Source: Synechococcus elongatus PCC 6301 (GTDB lineage Bacteria > Cyanobacteriota > Cyanobacteriia > Synechococcales > Synechococcaceae). From it: a stretch of 32,000 nt of DNA. The position numbers were made by a program, and so were the translations under genes. Every line of letters starts with the position of its first letter. Positions within the stretch are counted from its first letter, which is position 1. Shown piece by piece: positions 1 through 8,464 of the stretch. The notes under the pieces were generated by a model. It did not search any database. It saw only the letters and a program-made list of their open reading frames with translations, and had not been told where the DNA came from. Where the stretch lies: contig NC_006576.1 in NCBI RefSeq assembly GCF_000010065.1, forward strand, positions 480,001 through 512,000, in the 5' to 3' direction.

Positions 1-180
1 CATGATTGTTCGACCTTGATGGTTAAGACACAATCTTGAATCATGCCATGCGATCGCCTCTGGGGGCAAGTAATACAAGTTGAGGGCCGCTGGCAATAGC
101 CGGATGCAGGTCTGGGCGATCGCTGCCCCAAGCAAGCAATAGGCACAGTACCCTGTAGGCTAGTCAGGCTCTGGATATCC

Positions 181-2340
181 ATGACTTCCAATCCTTCCTC
201 TTCACCGTTCCCAGCCAGAATGGCGACCGAGTTACAGCTGGGAGTGGTGCTGAGCGATCGCTATCAGGTGGTGCGGGAACTCGGACAGGGGGGCTTTGGC
301 CGCACCTATCTGGCGAAGGATTTAAATCGCTTTAAAGAAGAGTGCGTGCTCAAGGAATTTGCGCCCCAAGTTGAAGGAGAAGAGAGTCTCCAGAAAGCTC
401 AAGACCTCTTTCACCGCGAAGCTGGGGTTCTCTACCAAATTGAGCATCCTCAGATTCCCCGCTTTCGGGAACTACTGCGGGTGACCCATGGGGGGCAAGG
501 TCGGCTGTTGCTGGTCCAAGACTATGTGGCTGGGCAGACCTATCAGCAAATTCTGGAGATGCGTCGCGCCCAAGGGCAAACCTTCAGCCCGGCCGAAGCG
601 CTGAGTCTGCTGCAAAATCTCTTGCCGGTGCTGAACTACCTCCATCAGGCGGGTGTGGTTCACCGCGATATTTCGCCAGACAACTTGATCTGTCGCGATC
701 GCGATGGACTGCCGGTGCTGATCGACTTTGGTGGCGTCAAGGCGGCAGCAGCGGAAGCAGTGTCGCAGTTTGCCCAGCGGCGTCAGCGACCATTGACCGC
801 TACTCGGCTCGGGAAAGCAGGTTATGCACCGGGCGAGCAAATGCAGCAGGGGATTGCCTATCCCCACGGTGATCTCTACGCTTTGGCTGTTACTCTGCTG
901 GTCTTGATGACGGGCGAAGACCCCCAAGACCTCCAAGATCCCCTGACCTTGGAATGGCTTTGGCGAGAGCATCTCAGCCTTGACCCAACCTTTGCAGCAG
1001 TACTCGATCGCATGCTGGCTTTGCGGCCGCGCGATCGCTTTGCCAGTGCTGCAGAGGTGCAAGCGGCCCTCACGGGTGTGGCTCTGACTCCAGAGCCGAT
1101 CCAACCAATTCACCCCCCCAGCCCTACCCCAAGCCAGCTCGATACTGTTGTCGTTGCTCCCCGTCAGGTGATTGCACCGCCGGCAGTCGAGCCAGCGCCC
1201 ACTCAGATCCTGACACCGCCCTCAGCATCCATCGAGCCCGGGAGCTCTGCTGCTGTTGAAGAAGCCGCAACTACCCAGCGCTTCATCTGGGCCGTGTTAG
1301 CGATCGTGTTTGCGGTGTTTGCAGCGGGAACCGGCTGGTGGGCAGCTCGCACTTGGCTGGGCTGGCAAACCGATAGCCAAACGCCCACAACACCCACCTT
1401 GCCCCTGCCGGATCCAACGCCGGACCCAACGAATTTCAGTCAGCAGCGGGCCGAGTTGGCGAATCAACTGCAAGCCATGCAAGTTGATCCGGCTTTCTTT
1501 GAGTTGTTAGTTAATGAAAGCTTTTTCCAAGCTGTCCCAGAGCGGCGGGGACAACCACCCAGCGATCGCCCTGAAGATCGAGAACTCCAGCAGCGCTGGC
1601 TGAGCTTGGCCAAAAACTGGATTGTGCGGCTGAATAGCCTGCCGGTGGCGGAGCGATCGCGTTTAGGGCGCTACAGCATTAGTGAACTGAGTGGTTGGCT
1701 GGGTATCGCCCAACAACAGTCTGTGAGTGAGGCCGCCTTCCGAGCAGTCGTTGATGCCCAGTACAGCTACCTCAGCGATGATTCAGCGGCACCCCTGCGG
1801 GGAAGCCCCCGAGAACAAGTTTGGCTGGCGATCGCGGCAGCTCAGGCAGCGATCCTGCAGGCCGGTGAAGGAGTGACTCTGCTGACCTGGAATGAAGACG
1901 GTACCGCGCAAGTTGGCGGCAATTTGGCACCGGGCCAAGGCCGCATTTTCCTCTTGCCGATGCAGGCCGGTGAAGTACTACAGCTCAACTTTTCAGGTGG
2001 CGCTGGCAGTGCCTACAGCGTCTTTGCACCCGCCAATGCCAGTGGTGAGGCGATCATTTCTGGGGACAATGCTCCCCAACTCCAGCGAACCCTGATGGCT
2101 GGTGGTGTCTATCAAATTGTGGTCACCTCAGCTGCAGGTGGCACAGTCAGTTTCAGTGTGAATGCTCAACGGGCGATCGCAGAGCCGGAGCCAGCGCCGC
2201 AACCGCAACCGAATCCGACTCCTGTCCCGCCCAGTGCTGGCACCCCGACCAAGCCAGAAGTTACACTTCCTGCCGAACCCTCGGCTCCTCTACCCGACCC
2301 AGAGGCCCCCGCTGTGCCTGAAGCCCCACAGCAACCCTAG
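181..2340 (+). CDS. Serine/threonine protein kinase with TM segment and C-terminal extracytoplasmic domain
   Basis: 719 aa ORF. Kinase motifs: GQGGFGRTYLAKD, VVHRDISPDNLI, VLIDFGG. TM segment FIWAVLAIVFAVFAAGTGWWAA. Pro-rich tail. A 'LAPGQGRIFLLPMQAGEVLQLNFSG...YQIVVTSAAGGTVSFSVNA' region resembles a pre-peptidase C-terminal type beta domain. The start could instead be the internal ATG at 220. Confidence 0.9.
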   Translation: MTSNPSSSPFPARMATELQLGVVLSDRYQVVRELGQGGFGRTYLAKDLNRFKEECVLKEFAPQVEGEESLQKAQDLFHREAGVLYQIEHPQIPRFRELLRVTHGGQGRLLLVQDYVAGQTYQQILEMRRAQGQTFSPAEALSLLQNLLPVLNYLHQAGVVHRDISPDNLICRDRDGLPVLIDFGGVKAAAAEAVSQFAQRRQRPLTATRLGKAGYAPGEQMQQGIAYPHGDLYALAVTLLVLMTGEDPQDLQDPLTLEWLWREHLSLDPTFAAVLDRMLALRPRDRFASAAEVQAALTGVALTPEPIQPIHPPSPTPSQLDTVVVAPRQVIAPPAVEPAPTQILTPPSASIEPGSSAAVEEAATTQRFIWAVLAIVFAVFAAGTGWWAARTWLGWQTDSQTPTTPTLPLPDPTPDPTNFSQQRAELANQLQAMQVDPAFFELLVNESFFQAVPERRGQPPSDRPEDRELQQRWLSLAKNWIVRLNSLPVAERSRLGRYSISELSGWLGIAQQQSVSEAAFRAVVDAQYSYLSDDSAAPLRGSPREQVWLAIAAAQAAILQAGEGVTLLTWNEDGTAQVGGNLAPGQGRIFLLPMQAGEVLQLNFSGGAGSAYSVFAPANASGEAIISGDNAPQLQRTLMAGGVYQIVVTSAAGGTVSFSVNAQRAIAEPEPAPQPQPNPTPVPPSAGTPTKPEVTLPAEPSAPLPDPEAPAVPEAPQQP

Positions 2341-2724
2341 GTTCAGCGGCTCAGTCCATCAGATACAGAACTCACAGCGTCGTCACCTCAACTACAGGAG
2401 TCGCTACGAATGCTCTGTGTAGCGCTTCAGGTTGCTTTGAACAACTGAATTTCTGCTGGTTGAGATTGGGCTACTGGGGCTGACTCGCCGCAAGGTCAAT
2501 GCCGATGACCTATTCCTGCTGCGATCGCGGCTTACCCCTGCTCCTTGCCTGGGACCTTATCGCGAACTGCTCATCCAACCAAGAGTGCTGCAGTCTGCAC
2601 GACCAATGGTGTCTGGCAAGCTTTGCTTGGCAGTGGAGGACCTAATCACCTGGGCTTCAAGGGCTGCGCGAGGAGGGCGAATCGGTCAACAAAAACTGTT
2701 CTTAGCTGCTTTCACCCCTAATGA

Positions 2725-2742
2725 TTTACATAAATTTACAAA
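2725..2742 (+). promoter_or_regulatory. HLR1-like (RpaB-type) direct repeat upstream of hli gene
   Basis: TTTACATA-AA-TTTACAAA matches the HLR1 consensus (G/T)TTACA(T/A)(T/A)NN(G/T)TTACA(T/A)(T/A). It lies about 50-65 bp upstream of the Hli ATG at 2789. Two more GTTACA copies are at 2756-2761 and 2773-2778. Confidence 0.75.
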
Positions 2743-2788
2743 ACTCAATAAATGCGTTACATTGTGGATGTCGTTACAGGATTTCACC

Positions 2789-2944
2789 ATGGACGAACAA
2801 CAAGGCCTCGACCCAAACTACGGCTTCACCAGCGTGCGGGCTGAACGTTGGAATGGTCGTTTCGCCATGATGGGCTTACTCATCGGCCTGCTGACCGAAG
2901 TTCTGACTGGTCAGGGCATCCTGCATCAACTCGGATTGCTGTAA
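2789..2944 (+). CDS. High light-inducible protein (Hli/SCP, chlorophyll a/b-binding-like single helix)
   Basis: 51 aa: MDEQQGLDPNYGFTSVRAERWNGRFAMMGLLIGLLTEVLTGQGILHQLGLL. It has the typical Hli core 'AERWNGRFAMMG'. The longer ORF 2585..2944 has a non-conserved N-terminal extension, and the internal ATG at 2789 is the likely start. Confidence 0.88.
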   Translation: MDEQQGLDPNYGFTSVRAERWNGRFAMMGLLIGLLTEVLTGQGILHQLGLL

Positions 2945-2997
2945 GACTTGTCGCCGCCTCAACGGAGGCTCTCTCCTCCTCTAAACCTCTAGCCGCC

Positions 2998-3041
2998 AGC
3001 GATCGCTTCCTCATCTGTCAGTGGCGATCGCTATTTTGTTT
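2998..3041 (+). terminator. Putative intrinsic terminator after hli made of two HIP1 copies
   Basis: AGCGATCGC (2998-3006) and GCGATCGCT (3024-3032) form a 9-bp stem, followed by ATTTTGTTT. Confidence 0.5.
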
Positions 3042-3170
3042 GAGGCGCTGAAATACTTGAGCCCTGCGATCTCTAGAGGGGCTGCCCCAAGACAGTTGAT
3101 AAGAGTTCTGCAATCACGTTTGAGCAAAAATCTGTGCCAAGTTGCCAAAGTGGCATAGACTAAACCGATG

Positions 3171-3290
3171 CTCTTGACCTAGCCGTTAGGCTAAAGGGCG
3201 AGTGAGGAGTGAACGCTCAGAACAACTCCAAGGTCGAAACACGGAAAGACCTTGGAGTTGTTCTTTGGGCCTGCGTCCTCGAGAGTTTTG
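3171..3290 (+). ncRNA. Candidate structured non-coding RNA (identity unknown)
   Basis: Perfect 15-bp inverted repeat AACAACTCCAAGGTC (3221-3235) / GACCTTGGAGTTGTT (3248-3262), extended to 17 bp by G3220-C3263 and A3219-T3264. The 12-nt loop is GAAACACGGAAA. Possible outer pairings: GAGGA (3204-3208)/TCCTC (3276-3280), CGC (3214-3216)/GCG (3273-3275), and CTCTTGA (3171-3177)/TCGAGAG (3279-3285), the last partly competing. The strand is not established. Confidence 0.35.
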
Positions 3291-3509
3291 AGCCGACCCC
3301 AGCAACATCCGCCGCCAGTAATAGATACAGAGATCTAGACTGTCAAGATTTTTGCTGGTAGCAAGCATAGACAGACGCTTTGGCCATAAGTCGAATTCAA
3401 GATGACTAAACAGCCCTCACCCATGAATCGTCATCTGTTTTTCATCTAGCCAAGCAGAATCCTCGAGACAATAGACTGACTGGTTTCTGTTCCTTGGGTA
3501 GCCTCACGA

Positions 3510-4187
3510 GTGCCTATGCTCCTTTCAGCGATCGCGCCAGCTTCAATCAGTGTCTGGAATCTGCAAGCAGTGCTTCAGGGGGTATTGGAAAGCATTGGTA
3601 ATCTTGGGCCGTGGGCTGCGATCGCTTTCATTGGTTTCTATGCCATTGCGACGATCGCTTTTGTTCCTGGCGCAATTCTGACCCTAGGCGGCGGAGTTCT
3701 ATTTGGTTTGGTTTGGGGCTCGCTCTATGTTTTTGTTGGGGCCACGCTTGGAGCGATCGCTGCTTTTTTGATCGGGCGATATCTAGCGCGGAGTTGGATC
3801 TCTCGTCAACTAGCGAGTTATCCAAACTTTGCAGCGATTGATCGTGCAGTGGGAAAAGCAGGCTTAAAAATTGTCTTTCTGACTCGGCTTTCACCGCTGT
3901 TCCCTTTTAATTTTTTGAATTATGCCTACGGTGTGACCAGCGTAACGCTCAGAGATTACGCCTTAGCGTCGATAGGGATGGTTCCTGGCACCATTTTGTA
4001 CGTCTATCTAGGTTCGTTGGCTGGCAATATTGCCACACTGAGTTTGAGCGATCGCCCTCAACAGACAGTCTTAGGATGGGTCATTAATTTGATTGGTTTA
4101 GGCGCAACTATTGTTGTGACAATCTATGTCACGCGACTAGCTCGCCACTCATTACAAACGGTTGTGAACCCCCAGGGAGATCAATAG
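3510..4187 (+). CDS. TVP38/TMEM64 (SNARE-associated/DedA-like) membrane protein
   Basis: 225 aa. Family pattern 'FVPGAILTLGGGVLFGLVWGSLYVFVGATLGAIAAFLIGRYLARSW', 'FLTRLSPLFPFNFLNYAYGVTSV' and 'IGMVPGTILYVYLG'. Confidence 0.88.
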   Translation: MPMLLSAIAPASISVWNLQAVLQGVLESIGNLGPWAAIAFIGFYAIATIAFVPGAILTLGGGVLFGLVWGSLYVFVGATLGAIAAFLIGRYLARSWISRQLASYPNFAAIDRAVGKAGLKIVFLTRLSPLFPFNFLNYAYGVTSVTLRDYALASIGMVPGTILYVYLGSLAGNIATLSLSDRPQQTVLGWVINLIGLGATIVVTIYVTRLARHSLQTVVNPQGDQ

Positions 4188-4189
4188 TC

Positions 4190-5740
4190 TTGTCATCACA
4201 GTCTTTCATAGCGTTCGTGAGTCCTGCCGATTCTCACAACCAATTACTGATCGATCGCGTCCATCCCCAGGATTGGATAAACCCCGAGCCTGCTGATTGC
4301 TATGACCTCGTGGTGATTGGGGCAGGAACAACCGGGCTCGTGGTCGCTGCTGGAGCGACAGGACTAGGCTTAGGGCTAAAAGTTGCCTTAATTGAAAAGC
4401 AACTCATGGGTGGTGATTGCCTCAATTTTGGTTGTGTTCCTTCTAAGGCATTAATTCGTTCTTCGCGAGTGATTGGGGAGCTCCAACGTGCAAACACACT
4501 GGGTATTCAAGTCGCTCCAGAGGCAATCGCCGTCGATTTTGCCGCGGTTATGGAGCGTCTTCGGAAAGTGAGAGCAGGCATGAGTGTGCATGACTCAGCT
4601 CAACGGTTCCAAGCGCTAGGGGTTGATGTCTTTTTGGGCCAAGCTTGCTTTTGCGATCGCAACACAATTCAAGTGGGTGAGGCAACACTCAAGTTTCGAA
4701 AAGCTGTGATTGCAACTGGAGCGCGAGCTACTTACCCAAATATTGAAGGCTTGGAGGCTTCTGGCTTTTTAACCAATGAGACTGTTTTCTCTCTGTCTAA
4801 TTGTCCCCGTCGCTTAGCTGTCATTGGCGGAGGGCCGATCGGTTGCGAGTTAGCTCAGGCGTTCCAACGTCTAGGCAGTCAAGTCACGCTTTTTCAAAGG
4901 CGATCGCAACTGTTACCTAAAGAGGATTTCGAGGCCGCTGAAGTCATTCAAAACCAGTTGAGAGCAGATGGCGTACAAGTTTGTCTCTCAGCCGAAATCA
5001 CACGGATCGAAAGAACAGCGAGTGGTAAATTAATCACCTTTCGGCAAGAAGGTCGAGAATCTGTTCTTGAAGTTGATGAGATTTTAGTTGGAACCGGGCG
5101 ATCGCCAAATGTTCAAGATCTCAACCTAGAAGCAGTTGGCGTTGATTATGACTCAGTTCATGGAGTTAAAGTCAATGACTATCTACAAACAACCAATCCT
5201 AAAATTTATGCGGCTGGTGATGTCTGTTCACCCTGGAAGTTCACCCATGCAGCGGATGCGGCAGCTCGGATTGTCATTAAAAATGCGCTCTTTTCACCCT
5301 TTGGGCTTGGCAAATCAAAAGTCAGCGATTTGATAATTCCCCGCGTTACTTTTACTGATCCAGAAGTCGCCCATGTTGGTCTCTCAGAAACTGCAGCGCG
5401 ACATCAAGGAATTGCGATCGCAACAATTACCATTCCTCTCGATCAAGTCGATCGCACTGTTTTAGATGGAGAGACAGCGGGGTTTATTAGAATTCATCAT
5501 CAGCCAAACTCAGATAAAATTCTGGGCGCAACGATTGTGGCTCCTCACGCAGGTGAAATGATTTCAGAGGTCACTACCGCGATCGCAAATCAGTTAGGGA
5601 TGAGTGCTCTCAGTAGTGTCATTCATCCCTATCCAACCCAAGCGGAAGGAATTAAAAAGGCAGCTGATAATTACCGGCGTACTTTACTAACACCAATGAC
5701 AAAACAGCTACTGAAATTACTAATGATATTTTCAAAATAA
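4190..5740 (+). CDS. FAD/NAD-dependent pyridine nucleotide-disulfide oxidoreductase, mercuric reductase-like
   Basis: 516 aa. Motifs: VVIGAGTTGLVVAAGATGLG, redox-active GGDCLNFGCVPSKA, LAVIGGGPIGCELAQAFQRLG, KIYAAGDV, and a C-terminal dimerisation domain 'HPYPTQAEGIKKAAD'. Confidence 0.9.
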   Translation: MSSQSFIAFVSPADSHNQLLIDRVHPQDWINPEPADCYDLVVIGAGTTGLVVAAGATGLGLGLKVALIEKQLMGGDCLNFGCVPSKALIRSSRVIGELQRANTLGIQVAPEAIAVDFAAVMERLRKVRAGMSVHDSAQRFQALGVDVFLGQACFCDRNTIQVGEATLKFRKAVIATGARATYPNIEGLEASGFLTNETVFSLSNCPRRLAVIGGGPIGCELAQAFQRLGSQVTLFQRRSQLLPKEDFEAAEVIQNQLRADGVQVCLSAEITRIERTASGKLITFRQEGRESVLEVDEILVGTGRSPNVQDLNLEAVGVDYDSVHGVKVNDYLQTTNPKIYAAGDVCSPWKFTHAADAAARIVIKNALFSPFGLGKSKVSDLIIPRVTFTDPEVAHVGLSETAARHQGIAIATITIPLDQVDRTVLDGETAGFIRIHHQPNSDKILGATIVAPHAGEMISEVTTAIANQLGMSALSSVIHPYPTQAEGIKKAADNYRRTLLTPMTKQLLKLLMIFSK

Positions 5741-5760
5741 GAGTTTGGTAGAGAGATTGA

Positions 5761-6423
5761 TTAACTTAACTGTGCCGACTTATAGTCAGCAATAAACTTC
5801 TGAATAAGCTTTCCTGAGGCTCCCATCATTGCTGCATTAACACCTCCACCTGCAACTGCACCAACAATAGGAACTAATTTAACCATATTAGTCATAGTTT
5901 TTTGACCGGCTTTTGAAATTAATCTGACACCAAGAATTCTATTGATTTGGGCTAGTGTTTTGCCTGGGATAGACATGAGTGTTCTGCGAACGGCATTTTG
6001 AGCAACTTTAACGCCAATAATGTCTATTAAATCTGTTACGGCAATGCCTGCAGCTGCGGCCAGTAGCAACGGTCGAACCTCTTCATCTCTCACATCAATT
6101 CCATGGATAGTAAACAAAGCTGCAGCAAGTTTGATTTGAGAATAAAGAAAGAGCGAAAGATCAGCAGCCAGGCCAGGAACGATTGTGGCAGCTCCGCCCA
6201 CACTAGTAACAGCTCCTTGCCCTGCTGACCAGATCATTGCTTCTCGAATGGCATGATCACACATGCGGTCACAGTCACCGTTCCAGCGATCATCATTGAC
6301 AAAACTTTTACCCCAATCAACCCCATCAGCCTGGGCTTTTCCAATAGCATCTCTAATAATTGGTAATTCAAGCAACTTGATCTCAGAAGAGTTAATTGCT
6401 GAAGATTCAAAAGAAGAAGTCAT
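5761..6423 (-). CDS. EcsC-like family protein
   Basis: 220 aa with repeated hydrophobic/Gly-rich segments (GAVTSVGGAATIVPGLAADLSLFLYSQIKLAAALFTIHG; VKLVPIVGAVAGGGVNAAMM) typical of EcsC-family proteins. Confidence 0.65.
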   Translation of the reverse strand: MTSSFESSAINSSEIKLLELPIIRDAIGKAQADGVDWGKSFVNDDRWNGDCDRMCDHAIREAMIWSAGQGAVTSVGGAATIVPGLAADLSLFLYSQIKLAAALFTIHGIDVRDEEVRPLLLAAAAGIAVTDLIDIIGVKVAQNAVRRTLMSIPGKTLAQINRILGVRLISKAGQKTMTNMVKLVPIVGAVAGGGVNAAMMGASGKLIQKFIADYKSAQLS

Positions 6424-6557
6424 AGTTTGTAAAATTGACTGACTATAAACACTTTACAAATTTCTTATCTTTCGTCAAGACTACAAAACCATACCGTATA
6501 GGTCATGGAGAAAAGCGCTGAGCCTACAGTTGCCCATACTTCAGGATTGCCGGTCAT

Positions 6558-6586
6558 AAAAAAACAGCCTTGCGATCGCAAGGCTG
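6558..6586 (-). terminator. Intrinsic terminator of pgk containing a HIP1 core
   Basis: Perfect 22-nt palindrome CAGCCTTGCGATCGCAAGGCTG at 6565-6586. On the minus strand it is followed by seven Ts (plus-strand A7 at 6558-6564), 42 bp downstream of the pgk stop. Confidence 0.85.
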
Positions 6587-6627
6587 CTCAGTCAAAGGAA
6601 CAAACTTAAATCAGGTAGCAGTAGAGC

Positions 6628-7836
6628 TTAGGCAGCGTCATCCAGTGCAGCCACACCCGGCAGGACTTTGCCTTCCAGCAGTTCCAAGCTGGCACCACCA
6701 CCGGTGGAAATGTGGCTCATTTCCGAAGCAACACCGACTTTCTCAACGGCAGCGACCGAGTCACCACCACCAATGATCGTGGTTGCACCCTTGCGGGTCA
6801 GTCCTGCCAAGCTACGAGCGATCGCTTCGGTACCGACAGCGAATTGATCGAACTCAAATACGCCCATCGGGCCATTCCAAATGACCGAGCGGCAATCGGC
6901 CAAGGCTCCCTCGAATTGCTTGACCGACTCAGGTCCGATATCTAGGCCCATCCAGCCATCGGGAATCGCATCGATCGCCACGGTTTTGGCATTAGCATCC
7001 GGCGCAAACTTATCGGCCACTACTACATCCACGGGCAGCAACAGTTGCACGCCTTTTTCTTGCGCTTTAGCCATCAGCGATCGCGCCAGATCGAGTTTGT
7101 CCTCTTCTACCAGTGAGCCGCCGACCGAAAGTCCTTGGGCTTTGTAGAAGGTAAAGATCATGCCGCCACCAATCAGCAGTTTGTCGCACTTATCCAGCAG
7201 CGTTTCGATCACGCCAATTTTGCTGGAAACTTTCGAACCGCCGACGATCGCAGCCAAGGGCCGTTGGGGATTGTCGATCGCGGCTTGTAGGTATTGCAAC
7301 TCTTTCTCCAACAGGTAACCAGCCACGCAAGGCGAAAGATATTCAGTCACGCCAGCCGTGGGAGCGTGAGCCCGGTGAGCAGCACCAAAGGCATCATTGA
7401 CGTAGATATCGGCCAAGCTAGCTAGTGCTTTCGCAAATTCAGCGTCGTTGGCTTCTTCCTCAGCGTGGAAACGCACGTTCTCCAACAACACGACTTGGCC
7501 ATTGCTGGTGGCTGCCACTTGCGCTTCGGCACCGGCACCCACAGCATCGGTTGTCTTAACAACAGGGCGACCCAGCAATTCCGAGAGGCGCTCAGCCACC
7601 GGCGTTAAGCGCATGCTCTCGACGGGCTTGCCTTTGGGACGACCAAAGTGGCTGACCAGAATCACCTTGGCACCACTTTCCGACAGGTAGCGAATCGTCG
7701 GCAGAGCCGCACGGATGCGGGTGTCATCCGTAATTTTCCCATTGCCGTCCAAAGGGACATTGAAGTCGACACGCACGAGGACCCGCTTGCCCTCTAAGTC
7801 AGCGGCGGTCAGGCTCGCTAAAGTTCTTTTGGACAC
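6628..7836 (-). CDS. pgk: Phosphoglycerate kinase
   Basis: 402 aa with classic PGK motifs: [80 protein letters not shown]. Confidence 0.98.
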   Translation of the reverse strand: MSKRTLASLTAADLEGKRVLVRVDFNVPLDGNGKITDDTRIRAALPTIRYLSESGAKVILVSHFGRPKGKPVESMRLTPVAERLSELLGRPVVKTTDAVGAGAEAQVAATSNGQVVLLENVRFHAEEEANDAEFAKALASLADIYVNDAFGAAHRAHAPTAGVTEYLSPCVAGYLLEKELQYLQAAIDNPQRPLAAIVGGSKVSSKIGVIETLLDKCDKLLIGGGMIFTFYKAQGLSVGGSLVEEDKLDLARSLMAKAQEKGVQLLLPVDVVVADKFAPDANAKTVAIDAIPDGWMGLDIGPESVKQFEGALADCRSVIWNGPMGVFEFDQFAVGTEAIARSLAGLTRKGATTIIGGGDSVAAVEKVGVASEMSHISTGGGASLELLEGKVLPGVAALDDAA

Positions 7837-8083
7837 GGTTGGATAGTCTCCTTAGGACAGGCTCAGCTCAGCGGGGCAAGATCGCCCAAACTCCTGCGAT
7901 CGCGCGCAGTCAAAAGGGGATCAGTTGCGAAACAGCACTCAAGGATGAGCGATCGCAGCCCACAACCCAACGGCTCGCAGTCTGCCGATCACTAAAAATC
8001 AGGGCAGTCCCGCTGAATTCGGAGCATCGACGGTAATCATTATTACTGAATAGAGGGGTCTGAATTGGGCGGAGGGAGCCATC

Positions 8084-8464
8084 ATGTTTGAGACAATTCT
8101 GTTTCCTGTCGATCGCAGCCGCGAAGCCTGGGAGCCATCGCAGTTGGTCCTGGAGTTGGTGCAGCAATACAGCAGTCGCTTGGTGCTGCTGTCGGTGGTG
8201 GCCGATGATGCGGAGTCGGCAGCGGCTGGGGCAGAGCTGCTCGACAAGGGGCGATCGCTGTTTGAAGCCCAGGGTATTGTGCCGGAAATCGTCGAGCGTC
8301 AAGGCAATCCACCCTTCGCAATCTGTGACGTTGCCGATGAAGTGGGCGCTAGCCTAATCGTGATGGGCTGTCGGGGCATTGGCCTGACTCCGGAAGGAGC
8401 GGCGGAAAGTGTCACCAACCGAGTCATCAATCTTGCCCCCTGTCCCGTGTTAGTTGTGCCATGA
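8084..8464 (+). CDS. Universal stress protein (UspA family)
   Basis: 126 aa: 'MFETILFPVDRSREA...' and C-terminal 'ASLIVMGCRGIGLTPEGAAESVTNRVINLAPCPVLVV', the usual Usp ATP-binding motif region. Confidence 0.92.
   Translation: MFETILFPVDRSREAWEPSQLVLELVQQYSSRLVLLSVVADDAESAAAGAELLDKGRSLFEAQGIVPEIVERQGNPPFAICDVADEVGASLIVMGCRGIGLTPEGAAESVTNRVINLAPCPVLVVP

Noticed and set aside
472-1113. 213-aa antisense ORF and similar long minus-strand ORFs (11411..11995, 15650..16096, 17122..17748, 26205..26954, 28371..28841)
   Set aside because: They lie opposite strongly supported genes, have no family motifs, and are expected as shadow ORFs in this GC-rich codon usage.
2585-2788. N-terminal extension of the Hli ORF as part of the protein
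   Set aside because: The residues before MDEQQGLDPN show no conserved pattern, and they cross the HLR1 repeats and putative promoter, so the 51-aa start is preferred.
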